Translations under genes and position numbers: made by a program
In this document: positions 1 through 13,245 of the stretch, one piece after another
Layout of the letters: each line of letters opens with the position of its first letter
How positions within the stretch are numbered: position 1 is the stretch's first letter
Assembly: GCA_964016885.1 (NCBI GenBank)
Contig: OZ024743.1
Coordinates: 300,576,001 to 300,640,000 of the forward strand
Length of the DNA stretch: 64,000 nucleotides
Reading direction: 5' to 3'
Origin: Eledone cirrhosa
Taxonomy: Eukaryota
Notes under the pieces: model-generated
What the model was told of the DNA's origin: nothing
What the model saw: only the letters and a program-made list of their open reading frames with translations
Databases searched by the model: none

Positions 1-1650
1 ATTACCGTCATGTCGTTGGCATAAGCCGACGCCGCTTTTCGCAGTCCTGGTTCTAAAGGGATGCCAGAAAAAGCTCCAACTTCCGCAGTAGTGATTCTAG
101 AGTCAATACGTACAGAATGGAGGAGATAGGGCATCCCTGTTGAATAGAACGCGTGATTGCACACGGCTCCGATAGGTAGCCGTTCACCTTGACCTTCGAG
201 CAGATGCTGGTGTGCATCGCCTTGATCAGCCTCTGAAAACGGGACCGAAAACGGTCGCCTTGAGGACCGCTCCCAATATTCGATGGTCGACCCTATCGAA
301 TGCCTTAGATTCATCTATATTGATCAGAGCCCCACCGAAGCCGGGTGTACACCCCACCCTCTCTATGATGTATCGCAAGAGGTGAAGGTTGTCGTGTATG
401 TACCTGGACGGGATTGCACACGTTTGCGCTTTCCCTACCTGGTTTTCGACGACAAGCGCCAGCCTCGTTGCTAGCACCTTGGCAAAAATCTTGAGCAGAG
501 TTATGGGTCTGAAATTGTTTATTTCGTCCCCCTTGTTCTCGTCTTTCATGATCAGCGTCACTACGCCCTTGCCTGCATAATTGCGAATTGTCCCGTTCTG
601 CTGCCAATTGCAGTAGACGCCGTCGAGGAAGCCAGAGAACAAGTCTGGCATGACTATGTAAAACTCATAGGGTAGACCGTCTAGACCGGGTGATTTGCGT
701 TTCCCGCAGCGGCCCAGAGCCTCCCGTATCTCAGTGGCTGTGATCGGTCCTTCGCAGAACTTGGCGTCCATCCTCGAAAGACGCGACAGGCCGTCAAGAT
801 ATGAACCAAAGTCCATTGCCCCGTTCGGTGCACCGTCGTTCTGCTCAAACAGTCGCGCAAAGTGCCGCTGAAAGGCCGCGCAGATCTGCCTGGGGTCAAG
901 TAGCACGCGTCCGCTTTGGTCTTTCAAAGACCGAATCGTGGACTTGTTACCACTATTCGTTTCCGCCACTCGGGCCCAGTCATCAGTTTCCTAGGGCACG
1001 TCATTTAGACCACGCAGCCTTCATGTTTCGCGTCGAAGAACTGGTCCAGTGCCGTTCTCGATGCTAGCACTCTATCTGCGTTGCCATTCCTAAGCGCCTC
1101 TTCTACCTTGGCTAGTAGTTCTGTTTCGAATGTGTTTCTCTCTAAAGCTAATTCTCTGCAAAACCCTATCGATTCTACTCTAATTGCTCTTTTGAGAGAG
1201 TACCACCATCTATTGTTGACGATGGCTCCCGTCAAATCTTGCTTAACTAATCTACTTATCCGTTCACTGTAGGCTTTTCGTGCCGGCAACGACACGTTCA
1301 GCTTCCAGTATCCGGGTCCTTGTCTATGTATTCTATAATGGTTGACTATGCAGACGACTAGTTTGTGATCTGAATAGGCAACCATGTGCATTTGTGGACA
1401 GCTTAACATCTACTTGTACTTCTCTCTAATGAAAAACCTATCTAGATACGATCTAGATGTCGCGCTGCGGTTTGCCCATGTTCACTGTGGTGCAGTCGGG
1501 GAATCTAGTCGATAACTGTCGGCCAGTTGGAATTGGCCGATTAGATTTTTGAGGCTGTTGCACCCCCCCCCCCTACTGGGACATACACCCACATAGTTCC
1601 ATCGTGCGTCTAGGATACCATTCCAGTCCCCCACTAAAAGCAAGATGCGA
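1..1650 (-). mobile_element. Degenerate Tx1/L1-clade non-LTR retrotransposon ORF2 (APE endonuclease + reverse transcriptase), running off the left edge
   Basis: Minus-strand translation gives APE motifs GDWN (~1620-1632), SRSYLDRFF (~1432-1458), SDHKLV and GYWKLN. RT motifs follow: KSPGLDGLPYEFY, NFRPITLL, KAFDRVDH, QQGCPLSP (~120-143) and AYANDMT (YADD-like, ~5-27). Frameshifts and stops are present. Confidence 0.9.
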
Positions 1651-1699
1651 GATGTGAGTTTTGGTGGTTTTGTGGTGTCTCTCTTTTTGTGTTTTGGAT

Positions 1700-2400
1700 T
1701 TCCAAGGCTCTCTTCTTCTTCACTTAAAGAAGGAGGAGCAGCCTCATCTGTTGAGGAATAATCATCATCAGGAGTGTGGGGTAGGGTTATGTTCGGTGGT
1801 GATGGTGTTTTGGTGTTTGTTTGTGGTAGTGTTGGATTGAGTGAGGTGGTGTGGGGCTTTATTCTTCAGGGGTGCTGTCTGTGTTTTTTCTGTTGTTTGT
1901 GGTTGAGTGGTTGTCTCTTTGGGTGTGTTTGCTTGTTTTGTGTGTTGTTGTGGTGGTGGTGATTGTTTTGGTGTTGGTGTTGGTAAAAGTACTTTCTTTT
2001 TAAATTTGTTTATAAAGGGCAGGAGGCTTTGGGTGTGGTGTGCTTGCACATCGAAAACAGTGTGGCTTTCTTCAGTTACAATGTTAATGTAGTTTTGGTT
2101 GTCGACCAGCACTCTTTCGGGGATTTTGGAAATTATTTCTGGTTTCATTTGTATCAGAATTTCCAAATTTGTCCCTGCCCACCCTTGTCTTGTCGACTTC
2201 CTGGCCAAAAGAATTGTGTCACTCATTGGCTCTATGCACGCTGATAAGATCCACCAAATGTTAAATGTGTGGTGGCATGTTATTTATTTTAATTTTTCGT
2301 GTTCTGTTTCCCATGTAAGTGTCTTTTTGTGATGAGGGGTGTAACAGAATGCTTTGTGCGAGGGCCTTGCTTTTAAAAAGAACCGAAATACTTCCATCTC
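1700..2400 (-). pseudogene. Possible ORF1-like remnant upstream of the LINE ORF2
   Basis: 152-aa ORF (1768-2226) with a low-complexity T/P/Q/K tail, on the same strand and directly 5' of ORF2. No diagnostic motif was recognised. Confidence 0.3.
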
Positions 2401-2712
2401 ATAACAACATTACTGCACAGTTATTTCACCTCAATTGAGCCTCCTACACACGGATGTGTCTCCGTAAACAACAACAAACACTCCACTTGAATGGACAATG
2501 ATGGCCAAATCTGATTTGAAAGAATTCATCCAGTGGTGCTAATGAGTTAAACATGGCCTTGGCTAATACTAGCCGAAACATATCAAAATTATCAAAGTTT
2601 TAAATATATATATATATATATATATGTAAAAGTTATATTTAAATTGTTGGGATACAACAAGCAAACATTTTTATAACTGATATAAAGCACTCAACAAATA
2701 TTTGGAGTAAAA

Positions 2713-2846
2713 ATACGATATTAATAAATGGAAACTATATTTATAAAACCATATTTATTTCATTATACATATTAACTTGGTGTCCTTGAAATATGTATAA
2801 TGAAATAAATATGGTTTTATAAATATAGTTTCCATTTATTAATATC

Positions 2847-2850
<4 letters not shown>
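2713..2850. repeat. Perfect 61-bp inverted repeat made of the 3' half of a hammerhead-bearing terminal repeat (family B)
   Basis: Arms are 2713-2773 and 2790-2850. TGGTGTCCTTGAAATATGTATAATGAAATA is identical to 28650-28679. Confidence 0.9.
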
Positions 2851-2904
<54 letters not shown>

Positions 2905-3174
2905 GAAGACTGGGGGGTTATATCCGTAGTAATAGAGTATTCAGTCCATGCAGATTCCGCAAAATCTGAAACATTTGTTCTCGGTATGGTGAATTAACTG
3001 CTGTGGAACTACTATATATTAATTAACTATGGAGATATAAAGGATACATAAGTGAAGACCAACCCAAATCAAACAGTGAATGTGTTCTGTAATTATTTCT
3101 GGCAATATTATAACAATATGACCCTCCCCATGTATAACTATATATATATATATATATTTATTTATTTATTTATT

Positions 3175-3650
3175 TATTAAAATAACAGATTAAAGTTTAA
3201 GAAAAGAATTGCTGATTTCATCCTTAAAGGGATCTTCTGAAATAAAAAAAAAATCAATCCGTGAACATAGAGGTAAATATTTCGAAACACGTTGCAACCG
3301 AGGGAAAACAGGAAGACAATACTTTGGTTCGTGATGACGTTCCCTGGCAATGAGGGGAAAAAAGCGAAGATAATACGTCATTATGTGGATCGTGGAGAAC
3401 AATTACACGCAAAGAAAAAACCACGTTTATGGTATATATGAAGTCAAGCTGACGGCCGTATGTATGTAACAAACATTTCACCAGACGGCTGGACCAGACA
3501 GCACCAACACCAGAGATGTAACTTTTTCCAAGTAAAAAAGGGAGGGTATTTTTGTCTACTGAATTTTGTTAAAAGATTAAAGACATTATTTAAATATTCA
3601 CTTCTTTAAAATTTCAAATGTTAACACTTCCGGTTATACGACATTCCTCA
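3175..3650. repeat. Dispersed two-module repeat; second copy at 59895-60270
   Basis: 3446-3646 matches 59896-60103 directly, and 3175-3338 matches 60108-60270 in inverted orientation. Confidence 0.8.
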
Positions 3651-3973
3651 CTTTTCCTTAATCTGTGTTTTTAGATAGATACATGACGTCGCGCCTTATA
3701 ATATGTCTCTGTATGTCTGACTGTCTGTATTAGATACATAGCTATGACGTCGCGCCCTTATAATATGTCTCTGTATGTCTGATTGATGGCATTAGATAAC
3801 GTTTAACGAATTTGGCGATATTTGGCTGTGCTTTCTAGCAACAAGCCTACCCGCCGTGAGCAACCAATCACATTCTTTCTAACTTGACCACTGCCACATT
3901 GCGGTTCTTAGCCATTTTTGAATCTAATTTTGGCGCGCTCACTTTGGAAAACTAAGTGTCTAATTTTGAGTTT

Positions 3974-4051
3974 GTCTCCTGATGAATCCGAACTCTGGGC
4001 ATATCCTATTAATTGGATGTCTAAAAATACGGATGAAACCATAGTAGAGAT
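3974..4051 (+). ncRNA. Type I hammerhead ribozyme (minimal stem III, extended stem II)
   Basis: GTCTC-CTGATGA-ATCCG...CGGAT-GAAA-C-CATA-G-TA-GAGAT. Core intact; predicted cleavage after 4046 (GUA). Confidence 0.75.
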
Positions 4052-4407
4052 ATAATTACGGTATGTACACATTTCTTCTAAGTTTGAATTTACACCTAAT
4101 TGCGTATGGTTGATGGTATATTCAGTCAGTTTCTACATGCTGTCGAAATGTTGGATAAATACTCTATTGGGGCCACCGCGAAGAGGCCACTTTCGGTTAT
4201 TTGTCGGAGATTTCTTCATATGAGCCTTTATTCTTATAGCTTGGTCTAATTGATTTTTTAAATGGTTAATTATGCTGATTGGGAGAGGAAATGGTATATA
4301 TTTTATCTAATAATTCTAAAGACATGATTTATGATATATTGCTCTGATTATTTAATTTATTAATTCTTCATAGAGCCACAAAGTGACCGGTTGCAACATA
4401 TATATGT

Positions 4408-5337
<930 letters not shown>

Positions 5338-5665
5338 TTAGTAATGCTGTTGATTATTGGAGGAGGCACCGATATGAGCACTCGATGTCATTACAAAAAA
5401 AAGTGATTTTCAGGGAACATTCCACATCTCGTGATTTATTTGTGTTGTATGTCTGTAATCTTTAGAGTGCATATATAAAAGATAACGAGCTCCCATTTTA
5501 AAACGGTTTTAATTGCAGATCGAAGGTTACATATATTTCATAGATGATTGATTCGAATCCAGTAACGACAATCTCATCAGACGTATGGATTCAAACACAC
5601 ACATGCCCATTTTTGTTTACATAGTACCCATATATATATATATATATATATATTATTTATTTATA

Positions 5666-7004
5666 CCGTGGCGGACTGGCCAGCTTACCAGGTTGCCCAA
5701 TGGCAAGTGGTTCACAGGGACCCTCGGAAGCGTTGCAAGAGAAGAGCCCTCAGTAGCATTGCAGAGCTCAGTGTAGTATTTTAGGGTACAATGCTTTGCT
5801 TAGAAAAACTCACTGAAATATAAGACAAAGAATAACATTAAATAAATAAATATACAATTAAGCAAAACATGTGTTCAACCAATTCCCCAGAGAATCACAA
5901 GACACCGAACTATATGATAGTGCAAATAACTTGACTCAGTGGTATTACATTCTACTGAATCTAAAGCTTATTGCATTCATGCATGTAAACATACATATAT
6001 GGACACAGACACACAAGCATATATATATATATATATATATAGATATATATATAATATATATATATATGAGAGTATTGAAGTTTGCTTGAAGCATTGTGGA
6101 ATAATAAGTAAATATCTTTAAGTCTTTGGAAGCCTCGACAATGCGAATGGGTAAATCTCCGAGTAACAAGATCCGGTGGTGGAGAGAGAGATGTAGGTGG
6201 GTGTACGTTGAGATGCGTGGTGTGTATAAGATGTGTAAGATATGTAGAATGAAGGGAAGAGTATGCAGGATAAAATAAAAATAACAACACAAGAGAGAGT
6301 TACCTTGGGAGAGATTTAATAGTCCCTATATATTTCGGATTCACATCCATCAACTGGGGGTTTTTCCGGGGTGGGGGAAAAGGTTGTCTGTCGGACTCGT
6401 GCGAAACGCCTCCTCCGCTGTTTGTTGTTTTGAACACACCACGCATCCCAACGTACACTCACCTACATCTCTCTCTCCACCACCGGATCTTGTTACCCGT
6501 AGATTTACCCATTTGCATTGTCGAGGCTTCCAAACGACTTAAAGATATTTACTTATATTTACTTATATTTACTGACCAAATAATATGGTATCAATGACCT
6601 AAAGACAGCTGTAATATATATATATATATTGATTGAGTGTGAAATACCATAGGTCATTATTGAAAGTATCTGGATTTCACAAAATACATGTTATCTTTTG
6701 GAGAAGGTAAGATATTTTTCCGCAAAAATTTGATTGCACTGTTTTGAAAATGTTATTTAATAATTATGAAAATTAAATGATACCATTTTATATATAGGTG
6801 CCCCCCCCCCCAATATCTGGCACCGAATATTTTTAGACCTAGTCCGCTAATGCATATATACATATATATATATAATACCAATTATTGTAAGTTTTGAATC
6901 TGACATGTAAAAACATATATATAGGAATAAGGTGAGCCCAAATCATAGTAGATTCAAATATCACAGAGAGAAAGAAAGAGAGAGAGAGAGAGAAAGAGAG
7001 AGAA

Positions 7005-7061
<57 letters not shown>

Positions 7062-7858
7062 GAGGGAGAGAGAGAAAGGAGGGAGAATTAGGTGGAACAG
7101 AAATGAAACATGGATTACATGTTAAAATGTAGTCTAGATAGATAAGAAACAAAACGAGGATTCAGTTTATGGAACACCCAAATGATTTAGAAGTCGACCT
7201 TAAGTAGGAGCAATAACATTAAGAAAGACATGAACGAGAGCACATAATTGTTTTTGAAAATTATGAAAGTAAGTTTATAAGTAAGAATGTTCATATAATT
7301 TTCGTAGTTATCACTGTGACCTAGCAGTAGGTACTAGAGACGGTGGAGATCCTGGCTTTGAGTTCAATCCTGGGCAAGAGGTACATGTAAAATTTTCAGT
7401 TTATATATTGCACCCCATAGAAAAAAAACTGAAAACGTTTACCGGGAATCCTACTCTTGACCAGGATGGAACTTTAGACCAAGATCACCACCGCCAATGA
7501 TTCCTCCAACCTGGCTACCAAGATAGCTACGAAAGTCTAATGAAAATTGATAATTATATACCTACTTTCAAAATCAAAGTTAAAAAGATGTGGTGTCGTT
7601 TATGGTTTCCTAGAGCTATTAGCAATATTTAGGGTCGACATCTGGTCATTATTGAAAGTCTCTGGATTTCGCAAAATACATAATATTTTTATTGGAGAAG
7701 GTAAATTATTTTCCCGCAAAAATTTGATTGCACTATTTTGTTTCCATTTTTCGAAAATGTTATTTATTCATTGTAAAAATTAAATGATAGCATTCTATAT
7801 GTAGGTGGGTCCCCTTCATCTCCTGGCAACCAATATTATAAGTCCCAGTCCGCCACTG
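5666..7858. mobile_element. Fragments of a non-autonomous DNA transposon with CAGTGGCGGACTGG-type termini (hAT-like); right end present twice
   Basis: Left end CCGTGGCGGACTGG at 5666. Right ends AGTCCGCTAATG (6841-6852) and CCAGTCCGCCACTG (7845-7858). 6650-6852 and 7643-7858 are diverged direct copies. Confidence 0.55.
6107..6553. repeat. ~120-bp inverted repeats flanking a degenerate minus-strand hammerhead motif (6324-6359)
   Basis: 6107-6225 is the reverse complement of 6434-6553. The minus strand reads CCC-CAGTTGA-T-GGAT-GTGA-ATCC-GAAA-TATA-TA-GGG (two core changes). Confidence 0.7.
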
Positions 7859-8106
7859 TATATATATATAGATGTATATATATCACGTGATAATTTCTCC
7901 CTCCGCCTGTTTGAGATTTTCTCGCTTGTTACGAACATGTCTGGAAAGCGCTCTTTCCCTGAGGAGTTCCCTTGAGAAGCTGGTTTGCCTCACGACAACG
8001 TTGCACCTCTATAATGTAAAATTCTTGCATAGTGACCAGCGAAACTGTACAGTCGGGACAATTGTCTATTACTTCTTCTTCTTTTATAATTTGTTATATA
8101 TATATA

Positions 8107-9019
8107 CGAGGAGTGTCAGAAAAGTTCCAGCACTAATGTCACAAAATATTTATTTCAAACCCCAACTTCACACCAAGAGTTTTCTCCTTCAAAGTAATCC
8201 CCCTGGAGTCTAATCCATTTTCCATACTTTTCTGCCACGCTTGCATGCACTCTTGGAACTATTCTTCCGTGATCCTCCGCAGTTCCGTTGCCACGGCCTT
8301 TTGATGTAGTCCACATCTTCAAAACGGGTCCCCTTGATGACCCCTTGACCATCCATGACTCATCACCGGTGATGACTGTCCCTAGCAAGTCTGGTTCGGT
8401 TTCAAGACTCTCGAGGATGTCCTGCAACACTTGCATGTGTCGACTCTTCTGGTCATCGTTCAGCAGTTTTGGCACCATCTACGCGCAGTCTTTCCGCATG
8501 TTCAAATATTCAGGGAGAATATTCCAGACGCTGTACCGAATCATGCCCAGCTCATTTGCCATCAGTCGAACTGTCAGCCGACAATCGCTACGCACTATCT
8601 GCCGACGCGCTCAACGTTGACCTCAGTCCTGGTTGTTGAGGGCCTTCCGCTCCTGGGGTAATATTTCACGTCCTCGCGTTCTTCTTTAAACCTCTTGCAC
8701 CACTTAAAAAACACGTGAGCGTGACATCGTCTCATCTCCATACACTTGCTGCAGCAATTCCAGTGCTTGTGACGGAGTTTCCCCAACCGAACCAGAAACT
8801 TCAATTTGTTCGTTGCTCTGTGCTCATTGCTTGACGAACTGAAACAGAGGACATGTATACAAAATTATGAAGAAAAAAGATTGATCGCTGCAGAGAGCTA
8901 AGATTACAGTTATATATTCCAGGGGGGATTACATTGAAGGAGAAAACTCTTAGTGTCAATTTTGGGTTTGAAATAAATCTTTTATGACATCAGTCCTGGA
9001 ACTTTTCTGACACACCTCG
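8107..9019 (-). mobile_element. Internally deleted mariner (Tc1/mariner) transposon
   Basis: TA-flanked, with ~105-bp imperfect TIRs (CGAGGAGTGTCAGAAAAGTTCCAG / CTGGAACTTTTCTGACACACCTCG). Transposase motifs PRSGRPST, VPKLL linker, TGDESW and C-terminal QGDYFEG. Most of the catalytic domain is missing. Confidence 0.92.
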
Positions 9020-9044
<25 letters not shown>

Positions 9045-9050
<6 letters not shown>

Positions 9051-9213
9051 GTTTCTACTTTTGGCACAAGGCCAACAATTACCCAGTGCATTACTTGTAC
9101 TTTATTTTACCGACCCCGCAAAGTTAACCTCAGTGGTATTTGAACTTAGAATGGCAAGGGCCGTAAATATATGCGTCAAAGCATGGCGTCCGACCCTCTA
9201 CCGATACTGCCAA
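9045..9213 (-). mobile_element. tRNA-derived SINE
   Basis: Reverse complement of the copies at 10088-10469, with A box TGGCAGTATCGG and B box GTTCAAATAC. Confidence 0.85.
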
Positions 9214-10065
9214 TAAGAAAGATGCTGATATTAGATGTTTGTTCATTATGATTATTTTAACGGTTCTCCAATTCAACCAAGATATGATTCATGCATTTGT
9301 TTCTATTATAAGAACGGTATCTTCAGATGAAATTCATTTATTATAAATTATTATTATTTCAGTACTATTATTACTGTAGGAATATATATACAACGACCGG
9401 CAACAGCAGGACACTTTTGTTGCCATGGGCGCCGTGGCGGGTTCATGACGGGCGTTGTCGTTGTTGTTCGTAGTGTTGTCGCTGCCTGACTATCGGGTAG
9501 AGATGTGGTCGCTGCCATTAGCTGGGTAGTAATATTACTACTACTGCAACGGCTAGTGTGGGTGATGGGCCGGTGTTGCTGTTGATGACGTTGTTGTTGT
9601 TGCTGCTGTCGTGAATATAGCTATCATCAAAATGTGTATCTCGTCCTCCCTCAGAATTCCATGTATTGCGTCCACTAACTGCTGGAATCTAGCTACACAT
9701 AGACTATCGCTTGGTACAGGTCAACACAACACACTTGAAGGGTCATCCTTTTGATAGTTTTATACCCTAATTCCATGAGGGGAGGGGGCGTGTGTCCTGA
9801 TTTCACTAATAGACACATGGATAGCACTCTACTCCAGTGAACAGGACGGCTGGGAGACCCTTTTAGGAACTCATATGTCTGCCGGTTGCACGAGTAGACG
9901 GACGTCTTTTTCCTGCCAGCTGCATATAATGAAATCGAATTGTATCTGAAGATACCGTTCTCATCACAACAACATATACATGAATTACATCTTGATTGCA
10001 TGGGAGAACCGTTGATCTAATTATAATGAATAAACGATTTATGTAAAATCAGCATCTTTCTTAAT
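9213..10065. repeat. Element with ~130-bp diverged inverted ends
   Basis: 9213-9340 matches the reverse complement of 9930-10065 (AAGAAAGATGCTGAT...AACGGTTCTCC...GAACGGTATCTTCAGAT). Confidence 0.65.
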
Positions 10066-10087
10066 GATATTATTATACGAGGGAGGA

Positions 10088-10469
10088 GGATTGGCAGTAT
10101 CGGTAGAGGGTCGGACGCCATGCTTTGCAGCACAGTTACGTCCCTTTATGGTCTGAGTTCAAATCCCACCGAGGTTAACTTTGCCTCTCATCCTTACGGG
10201 GTCGATAAAATAAAGTACCAGTAATACACTGGGATAATTGCTGGCTTTGTGCCAACAGTAGAAACAATTATTATACGCGGTGGATTGGCAGTATCGGTAG
10301 AGGGTCGGACGTCATGCTTTGACGCATGGATTTACGGCCCTTGCCATTCTGATTTCAAATCCCGCGGATGTTAACTTTGCCTTTCATCCTTACGGGGTCG
10401 ATAAAATAAAGTACCAGTAATGCACTGGGTAATTGCTGGCCTTGTGCCAAAAGTAGAAACAATTATTAT
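10088..10469 (+). mobile_element. Two tandem tRNA-derived SINE copies (10088-10275, 10281-10469)
   Basis: TGGCAGTATCGGTAGAG A box, GAGTTCAAATCCC B box, tail GGGGTCGATAAAATAAAGTACCAGT...GAAACAATTATTAT. Resembles cephalopod SINEs. Confidence 0.88.
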
Positions 10470-10961
10470 ACTGAATCACCATCGTAACTACAAACTACGA
10501 ATGTTGAGAGCTTTCTCCTGCTTGCTCCTATTTTGTCATTACCACAGCAGAGGTTCGACTAACTTTTGATCCCAGAGTCGGGCCAGATTGATACAACTCG
10601 AACCTTGAGCAGTAGCGAAATATGCGTCTTTAATCAATAAACGTAATGCAGGTATAGCAAATCGTCCTTTTATTATTATATTTACAAACTGCTTAGTTTT
10701 ACACCTCTTTACAGAGGTGCACGTTACTCTCCCTATATATATATACGTATATATATATATATCAATAGGTTTGTTGGTTCACCACTGGATAGAACTGGTC
10801 ATTCCGTATGGTAAATTATGGTGTAATATTGTGAAGAGTACTCAACGCAGTGCAGTTCACCCATCTTTGTTTGTGTAGTTGGTGGGGCGAATACGGAGTT
10901 AATTATAAATGAAATAACATAAAAGGAGGCTGGACTGGGGTAAATCTTTGAAAGGTTTATT

Positions 10962-11019
10962 ATACTATGATCATTTCAATGACCGGGTTCCATATGAATC
11001 CGGTGATATCATCAGGTAT
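10962..11019 (-). ncRNA. Minimal type I hammerhead ribozyme
   Basis: Minus strand ATAC-CTGATGA-TATCACCGG...CCGGTCATT-GAAA-TGATCA-TA-GTAT, with palindromic TGATCA at stem/loop III. An inverted 5'-half copy lies at 12261-12307. Confidence 0.8.
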
Positions 11020-12309
11020 TGGAATATAACAAAGGAATATGTAAAAAACCATGGGTCCGAAAAATCAGAGACAGAGACAAAGAGGGCGACTGACCAACTA
11101 GCTTCTCGGCCATTCGCCCTCAGAGTGTTGGCAACCGAATCTACTAATGAATATCTGATGAGGGGGCGAAGGCTCATAATGCACTACCACCACTCCATCA
11201 AAGAAGAAGGGGAAGAAAGAAAGAAAGGAAGAAACAAGTGTAGTGTAAGTGTCATACTACATTCATGCTCGAAAATGCCGCGAAAAAATACTACCCCAAA
11301 GGATCTATAATGGGTGTCTGTATGAACTAATGTGTGAACCGAAGATTGGAACGTTAAACTTATGTTGCGAGTTATAGGATGAAATTAAATTAAATTAAAA
11401 ATATTAAATTGCAAAATGATAAATTGAAAAATAAGTTATTAGACAATTAAATATTAAGGTAGCGAGATTTATTTATTTAATGAACTTACGGAGAGAGTCT
11501 TATATGAAAAAATGTATCTCGATAAGACATTAGGATGGGATATAGAGTAAAAATTTCGATTGGGAGTTCCAGCCAATACCCCCCCCCCCACACACACACA
11601 CACTATGAGTCAGCCAGTCTCGAGTGGTATCGTCCAGCGAAAGAAATGGAAATTAATTTTTCCGAGTACTCTAGGAACGTAGCTACCTTAGATACCGGGA
11701 GCGCCAGCGGGAACTCCATAATTTCGACAGGCCATCGTGTATACCAAACGAATACTATTAAATCACACATGAGGGATCTATTTACGTGCGAGTAGAGGTA
11801 TGATACAGCTAACAGTTATGCCCAAACCTGGAGTTTGTAGGTACAAGTATAATGTGGCGGCCAACACAGGCGGCGCGGTGGGACCGGGGCAAAGCACCCG
11901 CTCCGAGTAATTTAGTTTACCGAAAGATGAAAAATTTATTTTTCTGAGCACTCAAGGAAGCCTGAACTTTCCGAGTGCCCAGCTCGCAGCCGGGAAATGC
12001 CAACACACAAGTCGAAGGTAGCAACCCAATCAAAAGTGCAAGTAGACCAAAATTATTTTAAATCCCAGTTAGTCCGCGTTATAAGTAGTGTGGTTCTTAG
12101 GTGTGTAGGGGGCTATGAAAGGTGCATAATGACCTGAGTAAGGAAAAGTTACAAAAAAATAATAAAAGCAGCATACAGAGATACAATACCAATATAAAGA
12201 TAGAATACATTGATAAAAATACATTAATAGAATAATAATAAAAAAATAAAAAATAATAAATTTGTTATATTCCAATACCTGATGATATGACCGGATTCAT
12301 ATGGAACGC

Positions 12310-12930
12310 CAATCAGCAGAGACTCCACATTCTCTAAGGGATTAGTGGAAGATAAATGTGACAACGGTCCTCGGGGACACTCTAGGCATAGACTAGGACG
12401 AACTAACCACTCTGTTCGGGAGAATTTGCCTCCAGGCCCGATGGTTAGCTTGCAGAGCTCTCTGGACTGTCAGTGCTACCGAGGAGCTCTACCAGTTCGA
12501 GACAAAATCTACAGATACGGATGCCCTGGTAAATATCACGTCGCCTTCATTCAAGAATGAAGGAGATGCGGTTTTCTTGTGTCTGGTGGCCATGGCGAAA
12601 GGGGTAATATGGTGGACGAGGTTAAAAGTACAGAGAGGACACACCTTTTTCTCCGCACAACAACTCATCCCCTTCTTTAAGTACCACTTCAGAAGGAAGG
12701 TGAGGGTGGATAGAGAGGTGCTAGACCCCAGTAAATTCGCTGAAAGGTGAATGAACGTGGTGAAAATGATCTCAGTGAATGGATCTTCTCTGTGTGTGAA
12801 CCTGTAGGTTGAGGAAGACAAACAGGGGAGACCAGAACACCTACAAAAGGTGCTCCTGTTGATGAGGGTTGTTCTATCCACGGGGTGTAATACAACCCTG
12901 CAGTTAAGTTCCTCCTATTGGGAATTTCGA
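12310..12930 (+). mobile_element. 3' fragment of a Tx1/L1-like LINE ORF2
   Basis: Translates as CYRGALPVRDKIY...VFLCLVAMAKGVIWWTRLK...LIPFFKYHFRRKVRVDRE, resembling the post-RT C-terminus of L1/Tx1 ORF2 (recognised from memory). Confidence 0.6.
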
Positions 12931-13108
12931 TTGTTATATTTTTGTTTTATATATAGTTTATTGTCATCCAATTTTTTTATATATAGTTTATTGTTATCAA
13001 ATATTGTCATATTTTATATATAGTTATAACGACCTATTTATGCACGCCCTTGTACCAGAAAAAGAATTATATATATATGAGAAATGGAATTTCGTTTCAT
13101 TCTTTTCC

Positions 13109-13245
<137 letters not shown>

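Noticed and set aside
10088-10175. Possible tRNA gene
   Set aside because: A/B boxes are followed by a conserved SINE body and tail in five copies, and no clean cloverleaf forms.
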